Shown here: one piece after another, positions 15,770 through 24,739 of the stretch
Layout of the letters: the number at the start of each line of letters is the position of its first letter
Position numbering within the stretch: position 1 is the stretch's first letter
From: Erysipelotrichaceae bacterium
GTDB taxonomy: Bacteria > Bacillota_I > Bacilli_A > Erysipelotrichales > Erysipelotrichaceae
Length of the DNA: 64,000 nt
NCBI GenBank assembly: GCA_029101345.1
Contig: JAQXQU010000013.1
Location: forward strand, 5,918-69,917
Direction of reading: 5' to 3'
Notes under the pieces: model-generated
The model's input: only the letters and a program-made list of their open reading frames with translations
Told to the model about the DNA's origin: nothing
The model's database searches: none
Made by a program: the position numbers and the translations under genes

Positions 15770-17974
15770 ATGAAACGAAGTAATAGTTCGCTTCGTTTTA
15801 TAAGCCTGCTCATGCTTCTTGTCTTTTTACTATGCGTAATTAACGTATTGGTAGCAGGCGTTTTTCATATTCACGCAAGGTCACTGACAAATTTTGATGG
15901 TTATATTTCCTCTGTAGCAACCGTTAATCAGACCGTCTATGCTTCAAGAGGCAATATTTATGATGCCAATGGACAGGTTGTTGCCCAGGACGTTGAAACA
16001 TATGATATCATCTGCTATCTGGACAAAAGCCGTGTTGCAAACAAAAACACTATAGCCTATGTAGATGATCCCCTTTATGCAGCAACTGTTCTTTCACCAA
16101 TTCTTGACATGGAAGTCGAGGATATCTATTACTATTTGACTGCCAATCCTGATTTATATCAGACGGAACTAGGACCTAAAGGAAGAAACCTGTCCGAAGA
16201 GACAGTAGGCAAGATCATGGAGATTCCTGATCTTCATGGCATTGGCTTTAGGAAATCATATCGAAGAAACTATCCACAAGGCAAAGACTTCGCCCCTTAT
16301 CTTGTTGGCTTTGCCCAGAGTGATGATTCTGGTCAGCTTGTTGGCAAAATGGGGCTAGAAGCCTATCTCAATGATGAGTTGACAGGAACCAATGGCAAAC
16401 ATGTCTACCAGCAATCAAAGAATGGCTATATTCTTGAGGGCATGTATGAAAAGGAAGTGCCTGCAGTTGATGGCAATGATGTCTATTTGACCATAGATTC
16501 ATCAATTCAGGAAGCACTTGAAACTGCCTTTGATGATGTTGAAGAAGAGAACAATGCCTCCAAAGCCTGGGGTGCTGTGGTTGAAATCAGCACAGGCAAG
16601 ATTCTAGGCTGGGGTCAGACACCATCATTTGATCCAAATGTTCTGGATATCGAAGACTATAACAACTATGGTTCCCAATTTGCCTATGAACCAGGCTCAG
16701 TCATGAAGAGCTTCATCTATGCTACAGCAATGGATCTTGGTACCTATAAGGGAAGTGATACCTTCAATTCAGAACCCTATTGCTATCTATCAAGCGGATC
16801 TGAACCATATCGTTCCTATGGCAATGCCTATGGCTGCATTTCCAATGCCGGCAATAAGGTCTGGGGCAATATTGAACTCGATTACGGTTTGATTCTTTCA
16901 TCAAATGTCGCAACCTCAACCCTGTTAAGCGATTATGTTGGAACAGGCAATTACCTAAATTATCTGAGGAATTTCGGTTTCTTCGAGAAAGTTGATACTG
17001 ACAATATTCCAGAAATAACTGGTAGTCTCAATTATACTTATCCATCAGAAAAGCTGGCATTAACCTATGGCCAGGGTTCATCTGTGACCATGTTGCAGCT
17101 ATTGCAGGCCTATACAGCCATCTTTGGCAATGGTGAAATGGTCAAGCCTTACTATATCGATCATATTGTTGATCCTAATACTAATGAAATAGTCTATCAG
17201 GCAGAAAGAACCGTTGTTTCTACGCCAATTAAGGAATCAACAGCCAAGCAGATGCAAGCCCTTCTGGAAAGGGTAGTATCTGATCCCAAGGGAACTGCCA
17301 AGTTCTATAGTGTTGATGAAGTAAATATCATGGCCAAGACAGGTACTTCTGAAATTGCAGTCGATGGCTCTTATGGTTCATCTGATTCCATTACTTCGGT
17401 CATGCTGGCTTTCCCAGCAGATAATCCGCAATATATGATTTATTTTGCTTATATTTCGCCATATGACTACTATAATCATACCTATTCAACACCAGTTAAG
17501 AATCTGATCAGAAGAGTAGCTATTCTGACAAATGTTGGCTATAACCTCTCTGATAACCAGATCAACCATTCAGTTACCAGAAACAGCATGCCTGCACTTA
17601 TCAATATGCCATCTGCAGAAGCCTATAATCTCCTAAGTGACGAATACGATGTGATTCTGATCGGCAACGGCAATACTATCATTGACCAATATCCATTAGC
17701 TGGTGATGATGCCTATACCGGACAGAAAGTCTTTTTAACCACTAATTCATCCTTTATTTCATGTCCCGATTTTAAGGGCTGGAGCCGTAAGGAAATCAGT
17801 GAATACTGGTATTGTTCAAATATTCCAATAACCCTTACTGGCTATGGCATTGTCACTGAACAGTCTGTTTCACCAGGAACACCAATTGATGCCAATACGG
17901 AAATCATTGTCAGCCTTAGTGATATCCATCCAGTAAAAAACGATGATTCAGTACTTGATGATAGTGGAGAATAA
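15770..17974 (+). CDS. class B penicillin-binding protein (PBP2B/FtsI-like) with C-terminal PASTA domains
   Basis: Motifs SVMK (SxxK), SSN and KTGT. N-terminal TM segment. Two PASTA-like repeats near the C-terminus. Confidence 0.9.
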   Translation: MKRSNSSLRFISLLMLLVFLLCVINVLVAGVFHIHARSLTNFDGYISSVATVNQTVYASRGNIYDANGQVVAQDVETYDIICYLDKSRVANKNTIAYVDDPLYAATVLSPILDMEVEDIYYYLTANPDLYQTELGPKGRNLSEETVGKIMEIPDLHGIGFRKSYRRNYPQGKDFAPYLVGFAQSDDSGQLVGKMGLEAYLNDELTGTNGKHVYQQSKNGYILEGMYEKEVPAVDGNDVYLTIDSSIQEALETAFDDVEEENNASKAWGAVVEISTGKILGWGQTPSFDPNVLDIEDYNNYGSQFAYEPGSVMKSFIYATAMDLGTYKGSDTFNSEPYCYLSSGSEPYRSYGNAYGCISNAGNKVWGNIELDYGLILSSNVATSTLLSDYVGTGNYLNYLRNFGFFEKVDTDNIPEITGSLNYTYPSEKLALTYGQGSSVTMLQLLQAYTAIFGNGEMVKPYYIDHIVDPNTNEIVYQAERTVVSTPIKESTAKQMQALLERVVSDPKGTAKFYSVDEVNIMAKTGTSEIAVDGSYGSSDSITSVMLAFPADNPQYMIYFAYISPYDYYNHTYSTPVKNLIRRVAILTNVGYNLSDNQINHSVTRNSMPALINMPSAEAYNLLSDEYDVILIGNGNTIIDQYPLAGDDAYTGQKVFLTTNSSFISCPDFKGWSRKEISEYWYCSNIPITLTGYGIVTEQSVSPGTPIDANTEIIVSLSDIHPVKNDDSVLDDSGE

Positions 17975-17982
17975 TATATAAT
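17955..17982 (+). promoter_or_regulatory. candidate internal promoter in front of mraY
   Basis: TTGATG, 16-nt spacer, TATAAT. The ATG lies 8 nt downstream with no usable SD. Confidence 0.35.
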
Positions 17983-17990
17983 ATTTCAGT

Positions 17991-18959
17991 ATGGATTTTT
18001 ATTTGATTGCCTTGATTGGCCTATTGATTTCTTTTCTGCTGGTTTTTATTATCATGCCAGTCTTTATCAAGACTCTGGTCTTGCATAACCTGAATCAGGA
18101 AGTAAGTGAATATGCCCTAGAAGAATACAAGAAGAAAGCCAAGACACCGATTATGGGCGGATTGCTGTTTGTCATCATCCCGGTAATAGTCTATCTGGCT
18201 ATCAATTTTGGACATATCAGGAACCGGGAAATGCTGATGATCATCCTAAGTTTCATTTCTTTCTGTTCAGTCGGTTTTCTTGATGACATCATGATCATTC
18301 TGCGCAGGGATAATAGTGGCTTGTCGCCAAAAGCCAAGCTTCTGATGGAATTTGTTTACTGCCTATTGATCTATGCCTTATTCCATCAGGATATTGCAAC
18401 AACAGTCATGATTCCTTTCCTTTCAATAAGCATTGATTTCAAATGGCTTTATCTGCCATTCATGATCATGCTTTATCTTGCAGAAGCCAATGCTGTCAAT
18501 TTTACTGATGGAATGGATGGACTTTGTGCTGGCGTTTCAGCTATCGCTATCATTTCCTTTACAGGTTTAAGCTTCATCATGAAGAAATATGATGTTGTCA
18601 TTTTCCTCTCTTGCCTTTTGGGTGGCTTATTTGCCTATTTATGCTATAATCACTATCCTGCCAGGATTTTCATGGGTGATAGTGGTTCACTAGCTCTTGG
18701 TGGCTTATTTGCATCACTTGGTGTCATCCTGAATAAGGAAGTGGCTCTGTTTTTCATTGGTGGGGTCTTTGTTTATGAGATGTTCTGTGTTTGCTTGCAA
18801 CTGACATCTGTCAAACTCTTCCACAGACGCATCTTCTCCTATACACCTATCCATTATGCCTTTGTGCTTAAGGGATATAAGGAAACAAAGGTTGTTGCTG
18901 GTTTCTATCTGTTGGCTTTTGTCTTGGCAATCATAGGTTTTATCATTGGAGTCAACTGA
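17991..18959 (+). CDS. mraY: phospho-N-acetylmuramoyl-pentapeptide transferase
   Basis: NAVNFTDGMDGL and FMGDSGSLALGG motifs. 10-TM profile. Confidence 0.95.
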   Translation: MDFYLIALIGLLISFLLVFIIMPVFIKTLVLHNLNQEVSEYALEEYKKKAKTPIMGGLLFVIIPVIVYLAINFGHIRNREMLMIILSFISFCSVGFLDDIMIILRRDNSGLSPKAKLLMEFVYCLLIYALFHQDIATTVMIPFLSISIDFKWLYLPFMIMLYLAEANAVNFTDGMDGLCAGVSAIAIISFTGLSFIMKKYDVVIFLSCLLGGLFAYLCYNHYPARIFMGDSGSLALGGLFASLGVILNKEVALFFIGGVFVYEMFCVCLQLTSVKLFHRRIFSYTPIHYAFVLKGYKETKVVAGFYLLAFVLAIIGFIIGVN

Positions 18960-20467
18960 TGTATCGCTTTGTAAGAACCAAGGCAAATGATCTGAAGAAT
19001 GCCATTTTGAAGATGAATGGCATCAGTGAAAATCAGCTTGATATCAAAGCTTTCGCTCCCGATCTGAGTCAGGAGCCTTTTTTAATGTTTAAAGAGAAAC
19101 TGCTCGAACTAAAGGACAAGCGTTTTCTGATTGTTGGCGATTATGATTGTGATGGCATTTGTGCAACGGCAATCATGCGACGTCTTTTGGAGTATTTAAA
19201 AATCCGGGTCAACCATTATATTCCCTCAAGAACAAGGGAAGGCTATGGCATCAATAATAATATCGTTACCATGGCCAAGGAAAATGGCTTTGATGTCATC
19301 CTGATGGTTGATAACGGCATTGTGGCAAATGATGTTTTGGCTTATGCAAAAGACTTAAGCATTACCACAATGATCATTGATCATCATGAATACCAGCATC
19401 TTCCTGAATGCAACTATGTCCTTCACCCTTCCTTATTGAAAAATGGCTATAGGGATCTTTGCGCAGGTGGCCTTTGTGCCTATCTTTCAATGCTGTTTTA
19501 TGATGATGCCTATAGTCTAGTTCTAGGTGGCTTGGCTACTTTGGCTGATATGGTCAGGGTCTTTGATGCCAATCGCTATCTTTTGGTCAAGATGCTTGAA
19601 ATACTTAATCATGGAGAGATTTATCAGATCAATCTGCTAGCAGATAGTGTCAAATACAGTTATGATACTCTTTCTTTCAAAGTCATTCCGAAGATCAATG
19701 CCATTTCCCGCATGGGTAATATGGCCAATGTCAATCTTGTTGTCCGCTATCTTCTTTCTAACAAGGAAGAAGCTTCCAGGACCTTTGCCTATATCAATGA
19801 CATCAACAGCAGGCGTAAACAGCTCTCAGAAAAGATGTCACTTGAAGCTATGGAATTGCTCGATGATTCAAAGGCCATCCTGCTTGTCAGATCCACATCT
19901 TTCCATGAAGGATTATGTGGCCTTGTGGCAAATCGCCTTTTGTCTAAGTTCAATAGACCTATTATCGTCTTAGCTGAAAATGATGGTGTCCTAAAAGGTT
20001 CGGGGCGTTCACCAGCTGGTTTTGACTTATATGAATGCCTCAGCCATTTCAAGGATGATTATCTGAGCTTTGGTGGGCATGCCAATGCAGTTGGACTATC
20101 ATTTGACACATCATTTTATGAGAAATTTGTCTCTTATCTTGCTGAGACTGATGTCTCATACCTTGATATTGATAAGGATGTACTGCTGGTTGATGATCTG
20201 GAAGTTTCAGTTCTTGAAACACTTGAAGATCTTCGTCCTTTTGGCACAGGTTTTCCTGAACCGTTATTCGCCTTGGATAAAAGCCTTTCAACCTCATTTT
20301 TCATGATCAAAGGCCTCTATCCCAAGTTTTCATTTGGCAATAGCCTTAGTGCCATCTGTTTTGATAAGGGCAAATGCAAAGATGATTGGCAATATCTAAT
20401 TGGCAAACTCTCCAAGGACTCCTATCGCAAAAGTGCGCTTAGCCTGAATGTTGAAGATTTCATCTAA
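18959..20467 (+). CDS. recJ: single-stranded-DNA-specific exonuclease RecJ-like (DHH/DHHA1)
   Basis: GDYDCDGICAT, IIDHHEY and GGHANAVG motifs. recJ-apt-relA synteny. TGATG overlap with mraY. Confidence 0.85.
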   Translation: MYRFVRTKANDLKNAILKMNGISENQLDIKAFAPDLSQEPFLMFKEKLLELKDKRFLIVGDYDCDGICATAIMRRLLEYLKIRVNHYIPSRTREGYGINNNIVTMAKENGFDVILMVDNGIVANDVLAYAKDLSITTMIIDHHEYQHLPECNYVLHPSLLKNGYRDLCAGGLCAYLSMLFYDDAYSLVLGGLATLADMVRVFDANRYLLVKMLEILNHGEIYQINLLADSVKYSYDTLSFKVIPKINAISRMGNMANVNLVVRYLLSNKEEASRTFAYINDINSRRKQLSEKMSLEAMELLDDSKAILLVRSTSFHEGLCGLVANRLLSKFNRPIIVLAENDGVLKGSGRSPAGFDLYECLSHFKDDYLSFGGHANAVGLSFDTSFYEKFVSYLAETDVSYLDIDKDVLLVDDLEVSVLETLEDLRPFGTGFPEPLFALDKSLSTSFFMIKGLYPKFSFGNSLSAICFDKGKCKDDWQYLIGKLSKDSYRKSALSLNVEDFI

Positions 20468-20522
20468 TTGCAACATTTTGTTATGAATTATATAATTTAT
20501 AGGTATTTTGGAGGTATTGCTA

Positions 20523-21035
20523 ATGGATTTGAAGAACTATGTTGCGTCCATTCCTGATTTCCCATCAAAGGGAATCCTCTTTCGCGATGTAACGCCATTA
20601 TTAGCTGATAGTGAAGCTTTTGCCGAAACAATCAGAATCATTGCTGACTATGCCAAGAAGATTGGTGCTGAAGTTGTTGTTGGTCCTGAATCCCGGGGGT
20701 TCATTTTTGGCTGTCCAGTTGCTTATGGCGCAGGAATGGGCTTTGTACCGGTCAGAAAACCTGGCAAATTGCCACGTGAGACTGTTTCCTTTAAATATGA
20801 TCTTGAATATGGCTCCAACGAGCTGTTTATTCATGCCGATGCCATCAAGAAGGGACAGAAGGTTCTGATTGTTGATGATTTGCTGGCAACAGGTGGTACA
20901 GCAGAAGCTGCTTGCAAGCTTGTAGAAAAGCTAGGTGGTGAAGTTGCAGGTCTAGCCTTCATCATTGAACTGGAAGCACTTAAGGGCCGGGAAGTCCTTA
21001 AGGGCTATGATGTCATGACATTGCTTAAATACTAA
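20523..21035 (+). CDS. apt: adenine phosphoribosyltransferase
   Basis: PRPP motif [13 protein letters not shown]. Start re-set to MDLKNYV behind RBS GGAGGT. Confidence 0.95.
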   Translation: MDLKNYVASIPDFPSKGILFRDVTPLLADSEAFAETIRIIADYAKKIGAEVVVGPESRGFIFGCPVAYGAGMGFVPVRKPGKLPRETVSFKYDLEYGSNELFIHADAIKKGQKVLIVDDLLATGGTAEAACKLVEKLGGEVAGLAFIIELEALKGREVLKGYDVMTLLKY

Positions 21036-21041
21036 GGAATT

Positions 21042-23222
21042 ATGAAAAGGCAAGCACTAAACAAAGAGATGTTCTATGATGAGATCCATTCCTATATCAA
21101 CAATCAGGAATCCTTGGATCTTATCGATAAGGCTTATGCCTATGCTGAAGAAAAGCATAAGGATCAAAAGCGCAAGAGCGGTGAACCGTATTTTGTTCAC
21201 CTTTTAAGCGTTGCCTATGAGCTTGCCAAACTGAAAGCTGATCCCAAGACAATTGCAGCGGGTTTTCTGCATGATGTCATTGAGGATTGCGATGTGCCAG
21301 TAGATGAATTCATCAAGGAATTTGACGAGGAAATCTATGGCATTGTTGAAGCAGTTACCAAGATTGGCAAACTGAAATTCAAGGATGAGAAGGAATATCA
21401 GGCCGCAAACCATCGCAAGATCTTCATTGCCATGGCCAAGGATGTCCGTGTTATTCTTGTCAAGCTGGTAGATCGCTTGCATAATATGCGTACTTTGCAA
21501 TACCAAAGTCCCGAAAAGCAGAAATCCATTTCCAAAGAGACTTTGGAAGTCTATGCGCCAATCGCTCATCGTCTAGGTATTGCCGAAATCAAGAATGAGC
21601 TTGAAGATCTGAGCTTCTTCTATCTTGATAATGAACGTTATCACGAAATAGCCAGGATGGTAGAATCCAAGAAGTCAGAACGTGATAACCAGATCAAGGA
21701 AATGATTGAAGACATTTCCCACATCCTAAAGGAACATAACATTGAATTCCGCATTTTTGGCAGATCCAAGCACCTTTATTCCATCAATAAGAAGATGGTT
21801 ACCAAAAACAAGCGCTTTGATGAGATCCTTGATCTTTTGGCAATCCGCATTGTGACCAAGACAGAACTCAACTGCTATGAAATCCTTGGCTATATCCATG
21901 CTACTTATCGGCCAATTCCCGGACGTCTGAAGGATTATATTGCCATGCCAAAGATGAATATGTACCAGTCTTTGCATACAACGGTTGTTGGTGTTGATGG
22001 CCGCATCTTTGAAGTGCAGATCCGTACCGAAGAGATGGATCAGATAGCCGAAAGAGGTGTCGCTGCCCATTGGTCCTATAAGGAAGGCCGTGAAATGCCG
22101 AAAAGAGGTTCCAAGGAAGTCATCAAGGAGCTTGAATGGCTCCAGGCTTTTGAAGATAACCAGGATAACCAGGAATATATGAATGATATCGTTCATGATG
22201 TCTTCAATGCCAATATCTATGTCTTAACACCAAAAGGCAGGGTTATTGACCTCCCTAATGGTTCATGTCCAATCGACTTTGCCTATCGAATTCACTCCGA
22301 AGTAGGACACCAGACAGTTGGAGCACTGGTCAATGGGGTCATGGTGCCTCTTAATACGCCACTGAAAACCGGTGATGTTGTTGAACTTAAGACCAATAAG
22401 AATTCAACGCCATCAGAAGACTGGCTCAAGATTGTCAAGACCAATAATGCCCGCAATAAGATCAAAGCCTTCTTGACCAAGAAGGAAAATGAAAAGCGTG
22501 AAGAATCTGTCAAGATTGGCGAACAGATGCTCAAGGATGAGATGCGCAAAAGAGGTGTCAGTGTTGATGAATTCTTTGACAAGGACAAGTTTGAGAAGAT
22601 CTATCCGATTGTCCAGGCCAACAACTATACTGACTTCATGTATGCCATTTCGGTCAAATCCATCTCCTGCATCTCAGTTATTGAAAGGCTTGTCAAATTA
22701 GGCAAGAAGGAAATTGATCCTGAGACTTTGGCCAAGCTTGTGGCCAAGAACAAGGAGAAACTTTCCAATGCTGTCTCCAAGAGTGGCATTGTAGTCAAGG
22801 GCGTTTCTTCCATGAAGATCAATCTGGCACCTTGCTGTGCCCCAGTCTATGGCGATGAAGTCATTGGCTATGTTTCCAAGGGAGCTGGCATCAAGGTCCA
22901 TCGCAAGGATTGTCCAAACGTTCTCAAGGACAAGGCCCGCCTTATCAATGTTGAATGGGATGCCAATAAGCCGGAAATCAAATACGAAGCAAATCTCAAG
23001 ATCTATTCCAAGGACCGCAACTACTTGCTGACTGACCTTGTAACAGTCATTGCCCAATACAAGGCTAATATTCTGGCAGTCAATGTCGTTGCCAACCGCG
23101 AAGATCTGACAGCTTCAGCAGCGATTACCATCATTGTTTCAGATTTGAACCAACTCAATACCATCATTGCCAACTTGCGCAAGGTGGAGAGCGTAATCAG
23201 TGTTGAAAGAGCGATAAAATAG
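21042..23222 (+). CDS. relA: bifunctional (p)ppGpp synthetase/hydrolase (RSH)
   Basis: HD domain (HLLSVA...FLHDVIEDC), synthetase domain (EVQIRTEEMDQIAERGVAAHWSYKE), TGS domain and C-terminal ACT domain. Confidence 0.96.
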   Translation: MKRQALNKEMFYDEIHSYINNQESLDLIDKAYAYAEEKHKDQKRKSGEPYFVHLLSVAYELAKLKADPKTIAAGFLHDVIEDCDVPVDEFIKEFDEEIYGIVEAVTKIGKLKFKDEKEYQAANHRKIFIAMAKDVRVILVKLVDRLHNMRTLQYQSPEKQKSISKETLEVYAPIAHRLGIAEIKNELEDLSFFYLDNERYHEIARMVESKKSERDNQIKEMIEDISHILKEHNIEFRIFGRSKHLYSINKKMVTKNKRFDEILDLLAIRIVTKTELNCYEILGYIHATYRPIPGRLKDYIAMPKMNMYQSLHTTVVGVDGRIFEVQIRTEEMDQIAERGVAAHWSYKEGREMPKRGSKEVIKELEWLQAFEDNQDNQEYMNDIVHDVFNANIYVLTPKGRVIDLPNGSCPIDFAYRIHSEVGHQTVGALVNGVMVPLNTPLKTGDVVELKTNKNSTPSEDWLKIVKTNNARNKIKAFLTKKENEKREESVKIGEQMLKDEMRKRGVSVDEFFDKDKFEKIYPIVQANNYTDFMYAISVKSISCISVIERLVKLGKKEIDPETLAKLVAKNKEKLSNAVSKSGIVVKGVSSMKINLAPCCAPVYGDEVIGYVSKGAGIKVHRKDCPNVLKDKARLINVEWDANKPEIKYEANLKIYSKDRNYLLTDLVTVIAQYKANILAVNVVANREDLTASAAITIIVSDLNQLNTIIANLRKVESVISVERAIK

Positions 23223-23240
23223 TATTAATATAATTACAGT

Positions 23241-23447
23241 CAGAAAAGGAAAAGGAATTGCCAACCATGTTCTGAAAGAGACAGGCAGAAGGTGAAAAGC
23301 CTGGTTCATGCTGGCAAGGGACAATTTCCAAGCGATGTTTATCAAAAGTAAACCGTATTCCTGCGTTAAAGGTCAAAGTGCATGGCTTAGCCATGAACTA
23401 AGGTGGTACCGCGTTTATAACGTCCTTAGATCAGGGCGTTTTTTAAT
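23241..23447 (+). promoter_or_regulatory. T-box leader (tRNA-sensing riboswitch) of hisS-aspS
   Basis: AGAGA box at 23277-81, distal loop GGTGAAAA, T-box sequence GGTGGTACCGCG at 23402-13, and terminator AACGTCC/GGGCGTT plus T6 at 23419-45. Upstream -10 TATAAT at 23229-34. Confidence 0.88.
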
Positions 23448-23461
23448 TAAGGAGGAACAAT

Positions 23462-24739
23462 ATGGCTTATCAATGCGTCAAGGGAACCTATGATCTTCTG
23501 CCTGAAGATCTCTATTACTTCGAAAAGGTCGAGACACTGTTTCGTCATTTCATGAACCTCTATGGCTATCGGGAAATCAAAACGCCAGTATTTGAATTTA
23601 CCGGTGTCTTTGCCAAGGAAAACGATACATCGGATATGGTTACCAAGGAGATGTATTCATTCTCACCAAATGGCAAGGACTCCTACACCTTAAGACCTGA
23701 AGGAACAGCTGGCGTTATCAGAAGCTTTGTTGAAAAGAAAATGCATGGCAGCAATGAACTGCCTGTAAAGCTTGCCTATATCGAGGAGATGTTCCGCCAT
23801 GAAAGGCCACAAAAGGGCAGACAGCGTCAGTTTACCCAGATGGGTGTTGAAAACATCGGTGAAAAGAATCCGATGATTGATGCTGAAACCATAGCCTTAG
23901 GCTACTTTTATGTTCGGACTTTAGGATTATCGCAAATCGAAGTCCGCATCAATACCTTAGGTGATGCTGATTCCAGAATTGCCTATAAGAACAAGCTTAT
24001 TGAATACTTTAGCCAATATAAGGAAGAACTTTGTTTCGATTGCCAGAACCGTCTTGAGAAGAATCCGCTTCGTATCCTGGATTGCAAGGTTGACCATCAC
24101 TTGGATATCATTAAAAATGCACCGAAAATGGCTGATTATCTGACACCAGTTGCCAAGGAATACTACAAAAAGGTCTTAGGCTATCTTGATGCTATGGGCA
24201 TTCCTTACAAGATTGATGATACTTTGGTCAGAGGCCTTGACTACTATACAGATACTGTTTTTGAGGTGGTCTCACTTAATCCGGAATCCGGTTCGCAATC
24301 AACAATCTTTGGCGGAGGCCGATATGATAGCCTTGTCAAGGAAATGGGAGGGCCAGAGATATCCGGCATGGGCTTTGCGATTGGTGTTGAAAGACTGATC
24401 ATTCTTGCCAAGGCTGAGGGCGTCTTTGATGAATACAAGCCTAGTACCGATGTCTACGTCATTGATATGACAAAGGGATCCGATTATGCACTTGAAGTTG
24501 CTACAATATTGAGAAACAATTCCTATGCAACAGAGCTCAACTATTATGATCGATCAATGAAGGCCCAGTTCAAGTCTTCGGAACGTAAAAATGCCCGCTT
24601 TGTTGCAATTATTGGTGAAGATGAAATGAATAATGGCACGATTGCCTTAAAGGACACGAAAGATCGCAGTCAGCGAATTGTCAAGTTAGATGAGCTGATT
24701 GATTGCTTGGATAGCATTTTGGAGGAAGAAAATGTATAG
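23462..24739 (+). CDS. hisS: histidine--tRNA ligase
   Basis: RPEGTAGVIR and GGGRYD motifs. RBS AAGGAGG. Confidence 0.96.
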   Translation: MAYQCVKGTYDLLPEDLYYFEKVETLFRHFMNLYGYREIKTPVFEFTGVFAKENDTSDMVTKEMYSFSPNGKDSYTLRPEGTAGVIRSFVEKKMHGSNELPVKLAYIEEMFRHERPQKGRQRQFTQMGVENIGEKNPMIDAETIALGYFYVRTLGLSQIEVRINTLGDADSRIAYKNKLIEYFSQYKEELCFDCQNRLEKNPLRILDCKVDHHLDIIKNAPKMADYLTPVAKEYYKKVLGYLDAMGIPYKIDDTLVRGLDYYTDTVFEVVSLNPESGSQSTIFGGGRYDSLVKEMGGPEISGMGFAIGVERLIILAKAEGVFDEYKPSTDVYVIDMTKGSDYALEVATILRNNSYATELNYYDRSMKAQFKSSERKNARFVAIIGEDEMNNGTIALKDTKDRSQRIVKLDELIDCLDSILEEENV

